Assembly: GCA_051599415.1 (NCBI GenBank)
Contig: AP039691.1
Span: 62,001-126,000, forward strand
Origin: Savitreella phatthalungensis
Lineage: Eukaryota
Direction: 5' to 3'
DNA length: 64,000 nt
Positions 21,846 to 33,984 of the stretch are shown piece after piece. The notes beneath the pieces were generated by a model that saw only the letters and a program-made list of their open reading frames with translations, did not search any database and was not told the origin of the DNA. Position numbers and translations under genes: made by a program. How positions within the stretch are numbered: position 1 is the stretch's first letter; each line of letters begins with the position of its first letter.

Positions 21846-24761
21846 TACTGGGTGAAGGAGTGTTAAGAGGTGCTGTCAGATGCTGTAAAAGTGGTCTGCT
21901 GAGTTCTAAAGGTTATCCCGACAGCTGAGATACGGTCGATTGTCTGTGCAGGGTCACACAGCAATAATCTTCGCGGGAGTCCGGGTTGCTGTGTGGAGAC
22001 GGCAGAGTAGGTCGTGAGGAAGATGATGTCGCGTGGGGTCACAGAATTAGAGGTAGATGTGTGTGTGAAGTAAGGGAGGGTGTGCAGCGAGCAGTTGGGT
22101 TGGTCACCTGCTTGGAGTATAGCTTCGAAGATAAAGAGAGTAGTGGCTATGCGCTAGTGCTGGCAGGTCGGATGCTCGGCAAAGCGGAACGATTCAGGCC
22201 TTGAACGTTATGGCGTCGCCGTGGTGAATGACGAACGAACGAGGCTGACTGATTTGAAGGACTTCGACGTCAGAGGTATCGGAAGACGTGACACCCAATA
22301 ATATGTGCGAGATAGACGATCTGTAACTCTTGACAGGCGCTTGTCTCGAATTCGATGGGTCGTGTCGGTCAGAGGAGTCAACAGGTCACCCGTGAGTGCG
22401 CGTGGCTAGTCTCGATCGCACTTACCCGATCTAGAGGTGGTCGCGCTCGCGTCTTGTGTTTGATGAGAATGTCCGAGACTCGCAGATGCGTCTGAGGCAG
22501 AGCGTCAGACCGAAACTATCGAGATGAGAGAGAAAAGAATGTCTAGATCACAGTTGCGCTCTTCTCGCTGCAGCTTGACTACGCGTTCAGGTTGACGGCA
22601 CGGTGACACAGTCTGCGTATTGAAGGTCTGCAGACGTGCACGTCGTATGTGGAAAGTCAGGCGTCAATCTAAGCGCTTGATGAAGTGAAGTCGAATCGGT
22701 GTGCTAGTAAGAGATACAGGCCTCGGTGATCCCGGACCCTCTGACGAAGTTCGATCAAGTCAGGGCAAGACCTGGTATTGATTCATTCCTCGCATCCACG
22801 ACGAGAACTCCCGCCTGGTCAGTAGATCAAAAAGAGCGAGAAAGTCTGCCTCATTTTGTGTTTCGATCATTATGCCTGATGCACGCAGACTAGGGCTCAG
22901 GTGTCGGGCCGTCCGTGGGCATGCATGGGGAATGTTGATAGCACTACATCCGTCATACACCGAAGTCAGACTCTACATCTGTGTGTCCACAGTGACTGGC
23001 AGCATCGGTGATACTAGCATTCAATCAGGTCAAGCTTGTCCATCTTGAAATGAGTTTAACCACTCCTGCTGTGGATGATGGATCAGTCAGTGGCCAGTGG
23101 TTAGCAGTGAAGAGATGATCCAGGGCTTGTCGAATGGATGGATGGATGGATGGGATGCCATGTTGTCCCAATTGGTGTTGCACAGGAGGTCGTGGTTGCC
23201 GCACGAGGAATGTTGTTTTTGTTGATTCCATGCACACATGTCAAACAACCACCCAGCCTGTATAGATATCATTCATTCAGATTGATCGTTGTGTGATAAT
23301 GATGATGATGATGATGTTTGATGATGGTGATTCTGAATGATGAATATTTACGCTTTCTCCAGCAGTAGATCTGCGATGATCAGATTCTTTCCTTCTTGAT
23401 TCTGGATTCATGCGATGAATCTCATCCTGGTATAGAGACTTTTTAAACATACGTACACTGATCTGTTTCGATCAACTGAATATTCCTCCTGGGATTGACA
23501 GATTTGAGAAAATATTCAAACAAACAATTCTTATCATTGGCTGCCACTGATGATATTTCGCTTGACCAGTTAAATGAAATCACTTGTTGATGCATGGCCA
23601 TCGTCTGGGTGACTTTCCTTCTTCAGTCTGACTGTTGGACTGGGAACAGTTGGCTATAGATCCTCCAGGTAATCGCGGGAATATATGGTAATATGCACGT
23701 CAGGAATGCAACCTTTGCACCGGTCAGCTTGATACTTGACAAATGCAATTGCTATCCTCAGGTCAAACAAATAGCCTTGCATGCCTGATCCAGCCTGCAT
23801 TCAGATAGGGCATTAGCTATGTAATTCTCCTTCTCCCGTCCTCAAGCTGATTCTCACATTACACAACCAATTATCATCGACTCTTTGACCTTTGAAAACG
23901 TCCAGGTCTTTGTCGCAGACTACTGTAAATGACTCGCAAAGCCGTTGATAATGAGTATGTGCTTGAACTTCCTGGGCCCAAGATGCGGTGTACGACAGGC
24001 TGAGTTATTGACATTTGGACAAAATTTCCACTATCGAATCTACACTCCCACTCACTCACTCACTCAGTCAGATTCGCTCGCAATGCTCGCTTTGACATGT
24101 CAGTGGAGTTACACATGCCTTCTTCCAGATCAAGGTTCCCTATTCAGCACTCAACAGAGTCGTGCATAAGAATTTCTCCAACTGCAGATCTCAATTTCAT
24201 AGCATATGTAGCTTCAACTCAAATTCGAATTGTCCGGAAGAATAAGCGATCGAGCTATGCATACTGTACCTATTAGCTGTGAATCCGGATGCATGATCGA
24301 TCGATGAAATTGTGGTCCCATCATCCACACGTGATTCCTTGGAGCTGTAGGTCGGTTGATCGAGTCCTATTGCTGGGCAGAGATATTTTTAGCGCATCTG
24401 CCTCAGGCCTGTGACAGATCGACGAAAGTATCTTATCACATCGTTCGACCTTGCTGACTGTTGATTCCGTGTATGTGTGCGGTAGCTTGTGCTGGCGCAC
24501 ATATTATTATTGGTATTGCTGCTTTGGAACAAAGTTTGAGGCCTTGCTAAGCTCTGCTGCTCGGGCGTCTGCTACATGGCTATTCTCCCTTTCCCGGAGC
24601 GTTCTGCCATCTGCCGATCGTCCGCAGATTGCGCAGCATGCACGAAGAGTACGAATATATGAATGCCATGCAGTGTTTGCTTTCCTACTCTACTTTCAAT
24701 TATTGTCAAGGACTGTCACAAAAGTCCGATGCTTTTGAACGCTCTCGCTCGGCTTACTCCA

Positions 24762-27356
24762 TCAATCAAGCCGTCCACGCTTCTCAGGCGAGTCTCGATC
24801 GAGCTGCTGTTGCTCAGCTGCTCGCTTGTTGCTCGCTGCAATCTGTTGGAGGAGAGCGATCGGATCGATCTCCCCGAGGCTTGTTTCGACCAGCACGGGC
24901 GCTGCATCCGCATCTGGACTGTTCGTAGTCGGATCGGGTCTTTCGGTCAACTGTCCTTGAAGCTGTCCTGGAGATTCGACGTGCCCGTTATCTGACACCT
25001 GCTTGGAAGCTGCTCGAGACCTGACGAGGTGTGCCGGAGGGGATCCGTCCGGTGTAGTGCTGCCATTGGCGCCGCTCGTCCCATTTTTGCTGCTGTGCTT
25101 CAAAACTTTGTCCATAAAGTCGCGAGCGAATCCCTTGATCTTGAGTTTCTTGCTGTCTGAAAACTCTGACAAGTCTCGTGGATTTCGCTTCATCTCCTTT
25201 GCAACCAATATCTTGCAGATCTCCTTCGCCCGCTTTTTCACAGCTTCCTTGCCGCCCACACGATCGGCATACTTGCCTATGGCGTTCGGCACAACAGCCG
25301 CCAGGTGCGACAGGAGGATGCGCTCGTCTTTCGCGTCTGAGCTCGGATCAGGCGCACTGCTGTCAGTCTTGTGAGTACGCGCTTCGCCTTTCGCTTTTGC
25401 ACGCTGCTTGCGTCTCTCTTCCGCATGCCGTTCCGCACGCTCCTTTCGACGCGCATCGATGATACGTTTCTCCTCTGCAGCCTGCGCCTCGGCTTTCGCC
25501 ACTTCAGCCAATCTTGCGTGCTCAGCCTGCTCTTCTTGCTGCTTTTTCGCGGCGTCGATAATCGCTTGCAGGTTCTCTCCAGTGATGGCAGGAGTCGGCT
25601 TGACATCTGGAGTTGGCGGAGCCGGCGTGGGGGGTCCATTGACCGGTCGTGGAGGACGAGGTCTCTGCGGGCCATCCGGTCTGGTGGTCCGCCAAGAGGG
25701 TTCACGACGCATCAGCCCGCTCTCGCGTCCCCGTCGAGGCGTGTTTTCAGAAGGGGAGTTCTGACCAGTAGTCGATGTGTCCTGTGGAGCTTCCGAGCTC
25801 CTCGCATCGTCACTGGCCGTTGCGTCGACGGAGGCTTTAATTGGCCGGGCTCGTCGCGGGATTCGATAAGCCATCTGTAATTGTCCCCATAGCTCGATCA
25901 GGTCGTTTGCCAGTACCCGTACCCTCAAAGAAGCTGTTTCCTTGGCCACTTGCTGCACGTAGGTCTCGATTTTCGACGACGAGATCTTGTTCTTCGTCAC
26001 TCGAGGCCACTTGTGCAGAATCTCCAGAATGAGCACAGTGATCTCCTCATCTGCTTTCCACTTATCGAGCTTGCTGCCAAGTGCCTGGTATCCATGCAAT
26101 GAGATGAAACGTGCCTGAATCTGATCGTCGGCGTCGGAGTGCATGCGCTGCAGGACCGCTCGTAAAATCCAACGCTCCGTTGTCTGCAATAGTGTATGCA
26201 TGATCTTTGGGACGTCTTTCTCGGTGATGCCGCGAGGAGCCACGTCTGCCACATAATCTTCGTCGTCTTCAGCCCTGCGCTTCTTGCGCTGCGCTTTCCG
26301 AGCGACGCTGCCATCGCCGATCCAGTCGTCCGCCGTACCATCGCCATCGTCGATGCCGAGCGCTTCAACAACGGCGCGCGGCAGCTTGTTGGCCGCCTCA
26401 GTTTGTGTCTTTCCGCCGATATAGCCGAGACACGTGGGCTCTCCACAGTAGCACGGCGTGGCGTCGCCTCCATATCGGTCTACATTATAGTCAAATGTCA
26501 GTTCCTCGCCCTCGACGATCGGTCGCTTCGTGAAAATGCCCATGCGCAGCTTATTGCCCACGACCCACTTATCGACATAGCAATTGGGCTCGCATGAGTG
26601 ATTGATGAAGCGACCGAGACCACCGCGCTTGGTTGCGTCGATGTACTCGCCGCGCTGCAGCATCATGAAGTAGAAATGCCGCTCGCCTTGCTCCTGGTAT
26701 TCGATTTGCCGTTGACGAAATCTGCGTTCGTTAATGACCTCACCGATATACTCGTAGACGAAGACGTCCGATCGGCTGATGGCGTCCAGCGATCGCAGGC
26801 CGTATCCTTTGGCTCCGGCTGGAAACACATCGACGTGTACATACTGCCGCCGCTGGAAGCGCTGGTTAGCACACGCGTCGCCACAGCTGCATTCCCCGTC
26901 AACACACTCGATGGAAGTGACGCGATTGATGCAGTCGGAATCTGGGCCGCACGCTTTGTTGATGCCTGAGCTTTCACTGACCTGAGGTCGACAATCGCAC
27001 GTCATGATCTCCTCCTGTTCGGGTTCGCCGATCCCGCCGGACTGATATTCGCAACATTCGATTTCCTCGAATACCTGTTTCGCCTCTTCGGTAGCCGACG
27101 GCTCGTCCAGATGAATTTGCGGAACATGCTTGACCGCCGTAGCTGCTGTTTTTCGAAGCTTGAAAGAGACTATTCGACTGCGATCGTCCTCACTCGAGGC
27201 TTCAGATTTTGGCGACACTGCAGGCTCATCTGCGGGCCACAATGCGGCCAAACCTGTCGTATGCGAAGGTGATGCCTCTGATGACTTTATAGGCTCGTCA
27301 CCAGCGAGACCCTTCAGCCCAGGCTCCACTTTCACAGATGGCTCCACTGAAGCCAT
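24762..27356 (-). CDS. SET2: Histone H3K36 methyltransferase Set2, 864 aa
   Basis: AWS (CDC..CGPDSDCINR..CANQRFQ), SET (KGYGL, YEYIGEVI, RFINHSCEPNC, EELTFDY), post-SET CYCGEPTCLGYIG and a C-terminal SRI-like segment (KILVAKEMK..KIKGFARDFMDK). First ATG is 27356. Confidence 0.95.
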   Translation of the reverse strand: MASVEPSVKVEPGLKGLAGDEPIKSSEASPSHTTGLAALWPADEPAVSPKSEASSEDDRSRIVSFKLRKTAATAVKHVPQIHLDEPSATEEAKQVFEEIECCEYQSGGIGEPEQEEIMTCDCRPQVSESSGINKACGPDSDCINRVTSIECVDGECSCGDACANQRFQRRQYVHVDVFPAGAKGYGLRSLDAISRSDVFVYEYIGEVINERRFRQRQIEYQEQGERHFYFMMLQRGEYIDATKRGGLGRFINHSCEPNCYVDKWVVGNKLRMGIFTKRPIVEGEELTFDYNVDRYGGDATPCYCGEPTCLGYIGGKTQTEAANKLPRAVVEALGIDDGDGTADDWIGDGSVARKAQRKKRRAEDDEDYVADVAPRGITEKDVPKIMHTLLQTTERWILRAVLQRMHSDADDQIQARFISLHGYQALGSKLDKWKADEEITVLILEILHKWPRVTKNKISSSKIETYVQQVAKETASLRVRVLANDLIELWGQLQMAYRIPRRARPIKASVDATASDDARSSEAPQDTSTTGQNSPSENTPRRGRESGLMRREPSWRTTRPDGPQRPRPPRPVNGPPTPAPPTPDVKPTPAITGENLQAIIDAAKKQQEEQAEHARLAEVAKAEAQAAEEKRIIDARRKERAERHAEERRKQRAKAKGEARTHKTDSSAPDPSSDAKDERILLSHLAAVVPNAIGKYADRVGGKEAVKKRAKEICKILVAKEMKRNPRDLSEFSDSKKLKIKGFARDFMDKVLKHSSKNGTSGANGSTTPDGSPPAHLVRSRAASKQVSDNGHVESPGQLQGQLTERPDPTTNSPDADAAPVLVETSLGEIDPIALLQQIAASNKRAAEQQQLDRDSPEKRGRLD

Positions 27357-27833
27357 ATTGTCGAATCTTATGTCCTTTACGTTCGCTGTCACCGCCGTTG
27401 ACGCTCCATATGGCCAGGCGAATTGCAACTTGCGTCCGCGTCACGAGATCCGAAGCCTGCGCAAGGACTGCTTCTTAGTAGCTCCGCTGATAGGTCGCTT
27501 CGAGAATGGTCTGCGACACGCGACCTAGGCGATATAGTCGAGCTTATACTTTGCCTAATATGAGTTCGGTTCGTCCAAAATGACGGACAAAATAATTGAA
27601 GTTTCCGTTGTCGTTCTGATCGTAGAATATATATGGCTAGGCATGCACAGGCCGGCAGCACAAGCTCATGCGACTTGTCTTGCCCCAGGGAGTGAGATTC
27701 TACTAAATCAGTGACAGGACACACAATCGCTCTCCTAAAACAGGTCGATTGGCACGTCCTCGGTAGAGTCTGGCCAGGATACTGTGATTGAATTGTATGC
27801 TACAAGCAGCAGTCAGCCGCTGCATTGTCGTGA

Positions 27834-29594
27834 TCATGCAATACGCTCTTTGATCGCGGCAACAACACCCTTGTGCGCCTTGCTGTTCTTCTCCGTGTCC
27901 TGATCCGCGAAAGGATCACGATCCGTAGTGACAACTCTGAACGTCTCATTTTTGCGCTCGACTGTCTGCCTGTTGTGCTCCATGCGGGTCTCGATCTGGC
28001 GGAATCGTTCTGCATCACCAATGCCAAGCATGCGAATGGCAAGAAGTGCGGCATTGGTCGAATTACCAATGGCAACGGTAGCGACTGGAATACCTCGGGG
28101 CATTTGCACTTGTGAGAGCAGCGAGTCCATGCCGTCAAGGCAGGTGGCGTTGACCGGCACACCGATCACTGGCAGGGATGTCAGAGCTGCGACCATGCCT
28201 GGCAGGTGAGCGGCGCCGCCTGCTGCGGCGATAATGACCTGAATACCTCTCGATCGTGCTTCTTGAGCATATGTGTACATCTTCGTCGGAGTTCTGTGTG
28301 CGGAAACAACTTCCTTCTCGTATCCGACACCGAACTCCTCGAGAATATCACATGCGTCCTTCATGCTTGGTCCATCGCTATCACTACCCATGATGACAGC
28401 CACTTTGACAGGCAATGGATCTTGGGAGGGCTGCACGTCTTCCAGCGACTTCAGCCCATGTCGGCAATCAGCCATCGTTGCGCCAGTGATGGTGATATGG
28501 CCCATCTTACGAGCTGGGCGCGATTCTGCCTTGCCATAGAGATGGATAGCAGCCCGTGGTAATTCGAGTGCAACGTCATATACCCGATCGATGTAGCCTG
28601 CGTCCTGTGCTCCTAGAAGATTGTACATGATTGCTGGACAGTTTTGTCGTTGGAAACCTTTCGGCAGTGGAAGACCCATCACAGCGCGTAGATGTGCCTC
28701 GTACTGCGAGATGGTGCACGCCTCGATAGTGTAGTGTCCGGAATTGTGCGGTCTGGGGGCAATCTCGTTCAGCAGCACAGAGCCGTCGTCGAGGTGGAAA
28801 AGCTCAACGCCAAAGATGCCAGCGCCCACGAAAGCGTCACGGATGGCTCCCTCAGCAATCTGCTTGGCCTGTTTTGCTACCTCAAAGGGAACTTCTGCAG
28901 GCGCAAAGACGGTCTTGCAGATGTTGTCCTCATGCACAGTCTCAACGCAAGAGTAGGAATGTACCGTGCCATCGCGTTCTCTTAGCACCATGACGGCGAG
29001 TTCTCGTGCGAATTTGACCATCTTCTCGCCGTAGAGTGGACGGTCCTTGAGAGTGGCGAGTGCAGAATCGATGCTGTCGGGAGATTTGACGACAAAATTT
29101 CCTCTGCCGTCGTATGCATCGGTGCGAGACTTCAAGATATAAGGAAAGCCGATTTTGTCACCGAGTTGAAGTAAGCTATCGCGATCTGACTTGACTTCGT
29201 ACTGCTCTGCCACCTTGTCATGCCCGAGGATGTGCTTCATCTTTTCCTTTTGCAAGTATTTGTCCTTGATGAGAGCAATGTCATCTGGGTCGGGGTAGAT
29301 GGCTTTGACAAGACCTTCCTTCTTGATCGCACGCAAGGCCTCAGCGTTGACATGCTCAATCTCAATTGTCAGGACGTCGCATTTGGCAGCCAGCTGTCTG
29401 ATGGCGGCTTCATCGGTGAACTTGCCCTGGACGTGCTTGTCTGAGGCGGCAATCTGTTTTGCAGGCGAGTGTGCATCTGGGTCAAGAAAGACGAGCTGAA
29501 CACCGATGCGAGATGCAGGTTGCTGGAGCATGCGGCCGAGCTGACCACCGCCAAGGACTCCGACAGTCTGGAAACGCGAGTTGAGGTCCGGCAT
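27834..29594 (-). CDS. ADE2: Phosphoribosylaminoimidazole carboxylase (PurK-PurE fusion), 586 aa
   Basis: [20 protein letters not shown] and [14 protein letters not shown] (ATP-grasp); [27 protein letters not shown] and [12 protein letters not shown] (PurE). Confidence 0.97.
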   Translation of the reverse strand: MPDLNSRFQTVGVLGGGQLGRMLQQPASRIGVQLVFLDPDAHSPAKQIAASDKHVQGKFTDEAAIRQLAAKCDVLTIEIEHVNAEALRAIKKEGLVKAIYPDPDDIALIKDKYLQKEKMKHILGHDKVAEQYEVKSDRDSLLQLGDKIGFPYILKSRTDAYDGRGNFVVKSPDSIDSALATLKDRPLYGEKMVKFARELAVMVLRERDGTVHSYSCVETVHEDNICKTVFAPAEVPFEVAKQAKQIAEGAIRDAFVGAGIFGVELFHLDDGSVLLNEIAPRPHNSGHYTIEACTISQYEAHLRAVMGLPLPKGFQRQNCPAIMYNLLGAQDAGYIDRVYDVALELPRAAIHLYGKAESRPARKMGHITITGATMADCRHGLKSLEDVQPSQDPLPVKVAVIMGSDSDGPSMKDACDILEEFGVGYEKEVVSAHRTPTKMYTYAQEARSRGIQVIIAAAGGAAHLPGMVAALTSLPVIGVPVNATCLDGMDSLLSQVQMPRGIPVATVAIGNSTNAALLAIRMLGIGDAERFRQIETRMEHNRQTVERKNETFRVVTTDRDPFADQDTEKNSKAHKGVVAAIKERIA

Positions 29595-29704
29595 GACACA
29601 CAAGCGATAGAATTAGGAGTTGTGCAAATGCCCGTAAGCCTGTGAGCGAACTGAATCAGCCTCCGTTCGATCGACGACTTGGCTAGACTCTACAGTGAGT
29701 TCCC

Positions 29705-29753
29705 AGTCAGTCGGTCGGTCGGTTGGTCGGTCGGTGGGTCGGTCAGTCAGTCA
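29705..29753. repeat. Degenerate (GTCG/GTCA)n tetranucleotide repeat upstream of ADE2
   Basis: agtcagtcggtcggtcggttggtcggtcggtgggtcggtcagtcagtca read directly. Confidence 0.85.
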
Positions 29754-30462
29754 ATCCGTCAATCTGTGAGTCAAAGGGGTGCTCGTTAAGGGTTCTAAAC
29801 CAGTATATAGTATGGTGTAGTCAAATGATTACCTTGAACTCATACACATAGATGCACGTGCTCCGATCTCAACGTTCGTCCGGCCATATCATTTAATTTA
29901 TATAAATTATATATAACCTACGTACATGCATAGTTGAAATCTTTCCTGCTGTGTAGAAGATACATATACTGGATGCAGATATCTTTGACATTCATTCACT
30001 CGTGTGATAGTCATAGGTAGTATGTATCATTCAATGCAGAAACCACATACTCGAGCGCTCAATTACGTACGTGCACATGATCGATGGAGACGTGTACACT
30101 ATACTGATCGATCATGATCAATTGATCACAGTACAGTACAGTACAGATCTTAAATGACGCTCATCCAAGTACTTCACTGTACTCCTGGTCTGCAGTGACC
30201 TCCATACCTAAAACTTTTGAACCATTGGCAACTGGCGATCTGTACAATCCTTGAAAGACGTGGAGCCGTTCAATCTGAATTTCCCTTACTGAGGACTTCT
30301 TAAAAGCTCGCGGCCAGGCCCAACTTGCGCTTCTTGCTCAACGCTGATCGAGTTTGTCGCTGTATGTTCCGTCCGAAATGTGTATTTTCCTGGCACCGGA
30401 TGAGCTCTTGGCCGAGCATTTGAGGTGATCATGCTGAGGATCAGTCACGTTCAAGGTGAGCG

Positions 30463-32184
30463 ATGATTACATCAATCAATAACGATACCCGCGGGTCCCA
30501 GAGGTGGATCACTGTCGACATCTCATCTGCGAAGCGTCCAGTCCTATCAAAGCACGAGTCAATATCTTTCGTCCAAGGGAACGTCGGACTCTATGGCAGT
30601 AATCAGAAGCTACCGGACTGCCAGGACGGCACGGTCTACCTGACCAATGAGCGTATCATTTACGTTGACAATCAAAGACCTTCAACGCGCTCCATGTCGC
30701 TCAGCCTCGCAGAGATCGCAAAGGTGGAGTACTCGCCTGGCTTTCTCAAATCGAGCCCAAAAATCACCATCTCCTATCTCGGGTCTGATCAGAGGCCCGC
30801 GGAGACTTCTGTGCAGACGCCAGTATCTCCACTACCGGTAGCATCTCAAGGAGACTGGCTTTGTCCTATATGTACATTCACCAATGTGCTTAGACCAGAC
30901 TACAAGACCGGAGACGTGCTCTCGCCCTGTACGAATTGCGGCATGAAAGCTTCCAAGACCGTCAAGATCAACTTTCACAATGAGGCACAGCCACCTAGCT
31001 TGCCAGAGAGACGGTCTCTTGACATCAAGCCTGCGAACCAGGATCTCCGTGTTCTTGAGGGAGGTGCCTTTCCGTGCCCGCGATGCACATTTGGTAATCA
31101 TCCAGCAGTCACGTCATGTGAACTTTGCGGCGCTCCCTTAGTGTCTCAAAATCTGCCGCCACAATTGATCGGCCTCATTGACGATCGCAAATTGTCCATC
31201 ATAGCAGCTGACTCTCTCGACGACGGCACGAGGTGTAAGATCTCTTTCCGTGCTCACGGCTCACACACGTTTCTCGAGAAACTTCGGCTGGCAATAGCTG
31301 AGCGCGCTTGGGTGAAGCACGCAGAGCAGGACACTGAGGTTCTGTTAAAGCACAGATCCTCCACTGACCACGATCGTGGTCCCGTCAGCCCGCGAACTGG
31401 CACTGCAGCCCCAATGAGCAGTAAAGCTGCTGGTATTGGCGCTCTACAGTTCAGGCAACGTGTCACAGTTGAAGCGGATGCGACAGTCATGAGCGATGCC
31501 TTCACGGATCTTCAAGCTCTCATGAATCGTGCATCAGCCATGGTCGCTCTGGCGGAATCGTTCTCGAAACGGCTCGCTGCAGCTCCGCAAACTGCTCTGA
31601 CTGAAGATGCGAGACAGCTTGTGGCTGACTCGTCCGCATATCTTGGATTGAAATCTCCTGTCGTTACGAAGGATCTAGCCGGACGCGAGGATGTGTACCA
31701 CCGCGAACTCGCTCGTCAGATTGCGGAATTCCTAGAGTCAGGAGCTCTAAAACGCGTGGGTGGTGTCATCACGCTCGCCGACCTATTTGCGCTCTACAAT
31801 CGTGCGCGCAAGGGCTCCCTCATCTCGCCCGAGGATTTACAAGCAGCGTGCGCTCAATTTGACCCCATTCGGTTACCAGTTGTCACTCGAACCTTTCGCA
31901 GCGGCATCGTTGTAGTACAAGACCGGTCACGCACCGATGCATCCACACGCACCCTAATCCTGAACTGGTTACGCGACAAATCGTCTCTCAGCTGGAGAGG
32001 AGACGGTGTCAGCCCGACGGACGCAGCACAACGCTTCGCTTGGTCCGTAGCCGTGGCTCGCGAAGAGCTGGACATGTGCGAGGCAGCAGGCGATCTCTGT
32101 CGTGATACGAGTATACAAGGCGACCGGTATTATGAGAATCTATTCGGCAAACCGGAGATGGCGACCTGGGCGTCCATTGAATAA
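30463..32184 (+). CDS. VPS36: ESCRT-II subunit Vps36, 573 aa
   Basis: Split GLUE domain (VGLY..GTVYLTNERIIYVD, GFLKSSPKI ... KISFR) with two NZF fingers (WLCPICTFTN..CTNCG; CPRCTFGNH..CELCG), then EAP30/winged-helix region (AFTDLQALM, YNRAR..LISPEDL, LCRD). Confidence 0.95.
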   Translation: MITSINNDTRGSQRWITVDISSAKRPVLSKHESISFVQGNVGLYGSNQKLPDCQDGTVYLTNERIIYVDNQRPSTRSMSLSLAEIAKVEYSPGFLKSSPKITISYLGSDQRPAETSVQTPVSPLPVASQGDWLCPICTFTNVLRPDYKTGDVLSPCTNCGMKASKTVKINFHNEAQPPSLPERRSLDIKPANQDLRVLEGGAFPCPRCTFGNHPAVTSCELCGAPLVSQNLPPQLIGLIDDRKLSIIAADSLDDGTRCKISFRAHGSHTFLEKLRLAIAERAWVKHAEQDTEVLLKHRSSTDHDRGPVSPRTGTAAPMSSKAAGIGALQFRQRVTVEADATVMSDAFTDLQALMNRASAMVALAESFSKRLAAAPQTALTEDARQLVADSSAYLGLKSPVVTKDLAGREDVYHRELARQIAEFLESGALKRVGGVITLADLFALYNRARKGSLISPEDLQAACAQFDPIRLPVVTRTFRSGIVVVQDRSRTDASTRTLILNWLRDKSSLSWRGDGVSPTDAAQRFAWSVAVAREELDMCEAAGDLCRDTSIQGDRYYENLFGKPEMATWASIE

Positions 32185-33984
32185 CAAGGGGCGAGACGAT
32201 TCGCTGTGGAAGGATTCGGACAAATGGGTCTGCTGTGGCTCAAGTGAAACTCGGGAGCTCGATGGGCAGCGCTGCTGTCCAGTATGCAGGTGTCTGCAAG
32301 ATTCACTCGAATGACAATTCAAGGGCGTCAGACGTACCAAGACGCACGCGGCTTTCAGCTCGTCGTGGATATTTTATTGGTCTGTGTATTGGACACGTCA
32401 TTTGGCTACAAGTTGACAGAGTCGGTTTCCTTGTGCGCGAACTGAGCCATGGACGCCCATACTGGGGTTTGTCATATGATGATACACGGCCCAATTGGTT
32501 CGCCTGGAGACTCGCACTGCATACCTGCGCAGCTTGGCGCATGCAGGCTGGAAGGTTCACTCCGATGTGACTTGCATGGCGCAGAGCGCTACAGCGGAAG
32601 ATAAGGCAGCCTAGTGCAACTCGCCAATCAAATGTATGCTATTGAAAATTGTGAACTGTTGAGCATGTTGTAGGTGCTCATACACGGCCGGATGCATCGG
32701 TCGTGGTAGCGGCATCCGTTAGTGCGGTCCATGATAATAATCGAGCCTCGCTGTTTGTACTTGGAACGCAGACGCTAGCGGCATTCGAGAGGATCGAGTG
32801 GATGGTTGCAGATTAGGCACCAGTCAGGGTTTGTCCTCTTCGCGATTTACTGGTCGTACTTCTTCCCCCAATGAAATCTGAAGGGGCAGCTGGCGACTCC
32901 ATTCCTCGAGGCTTGTGATAAGATATCCGCTCCAGTGCTTTTGCTTCGAAACGTCGTCGCCGAGCTGGCAACGCAAGCCGAACGAGAAGTTTTGATGGTT
33001 GTGTCAACTGGCCATGAGAACGAACGAGTCAATTGTTGTCCGCTGGGCGATCGCAAAATTTGGATAAAGGCTTTGAAGCAATGCGCAATCGACAAGGCGA
33101 GTGAGTGAACCTACTATGACGTGTAGTCCCTACGGAACTTACAACATTGACAATGTATCAAACTGCTGGCTGCGACTGTGCAGCTGCTCACCTGTACGTT
33201 AACGGCCACCCTATTCTAGGACATCGCCCTGTTCCTGCATTCTAGCGGGCGCTGGAAATGTCACGTGTACCAAAATTTCTGGTTTCACTCAGACGTTGCA
33301 CGCATTTGCGGATGTAAATATCTCATGCACACTAGCCTCGAGCAAGGCTTCATCCTCGATTGAATGTGACATTCTACTGCAGGCCTTCCCGAGGGGGAAA
33401 GACCAGAGTCTGATCCCGGAGTCTACGACACTTCTTTTACCGATCGATCGTCCGAAGCACACACCGATCCGAGTGCCGCACCTAGCATGATGCCTGCCGT
33501 TGGCTATGGGCGACGGCCAGCATCGAGCATGATGCAGCGTTCGTGCGTTGGTACGACGTGGAATCGTCCGCATGCCTCGCTCTCGCGTGCTGTAACAGTA
33601 GATTGCTGCAACACGATAGCACGCCGATGAGCTGGTGGCTCTGACGACCTTCTGGGCTTACACGCGCACTTGCATTGCAATGGCCGTGTTGCACAGCTAA
33701 GGACACAGAGCCCCGGACTAGAGAAAACTCAAAAAGAGAGCACCCCAACTTTGAGTAAGGCCTTGGGCAGACGCATTCAGCTTCTATTGTCAGGCACTTA
33801 ATTATTAGGGGAGCACATGCTCGAAGAGAATTCGTGCAGATGACCACTGCAGCTAAGTTTACGCGGTCTCTAGTAGTCCAAGCTTCGGAAGCTTCCCGTT
33901 ACTGAAAATTCAGAGGCATTGGCCTGATTTACAGTCTCCATTCGAGTCTATGATTGGAGTGGGCGTGCTCAGACCAGAACCAGC

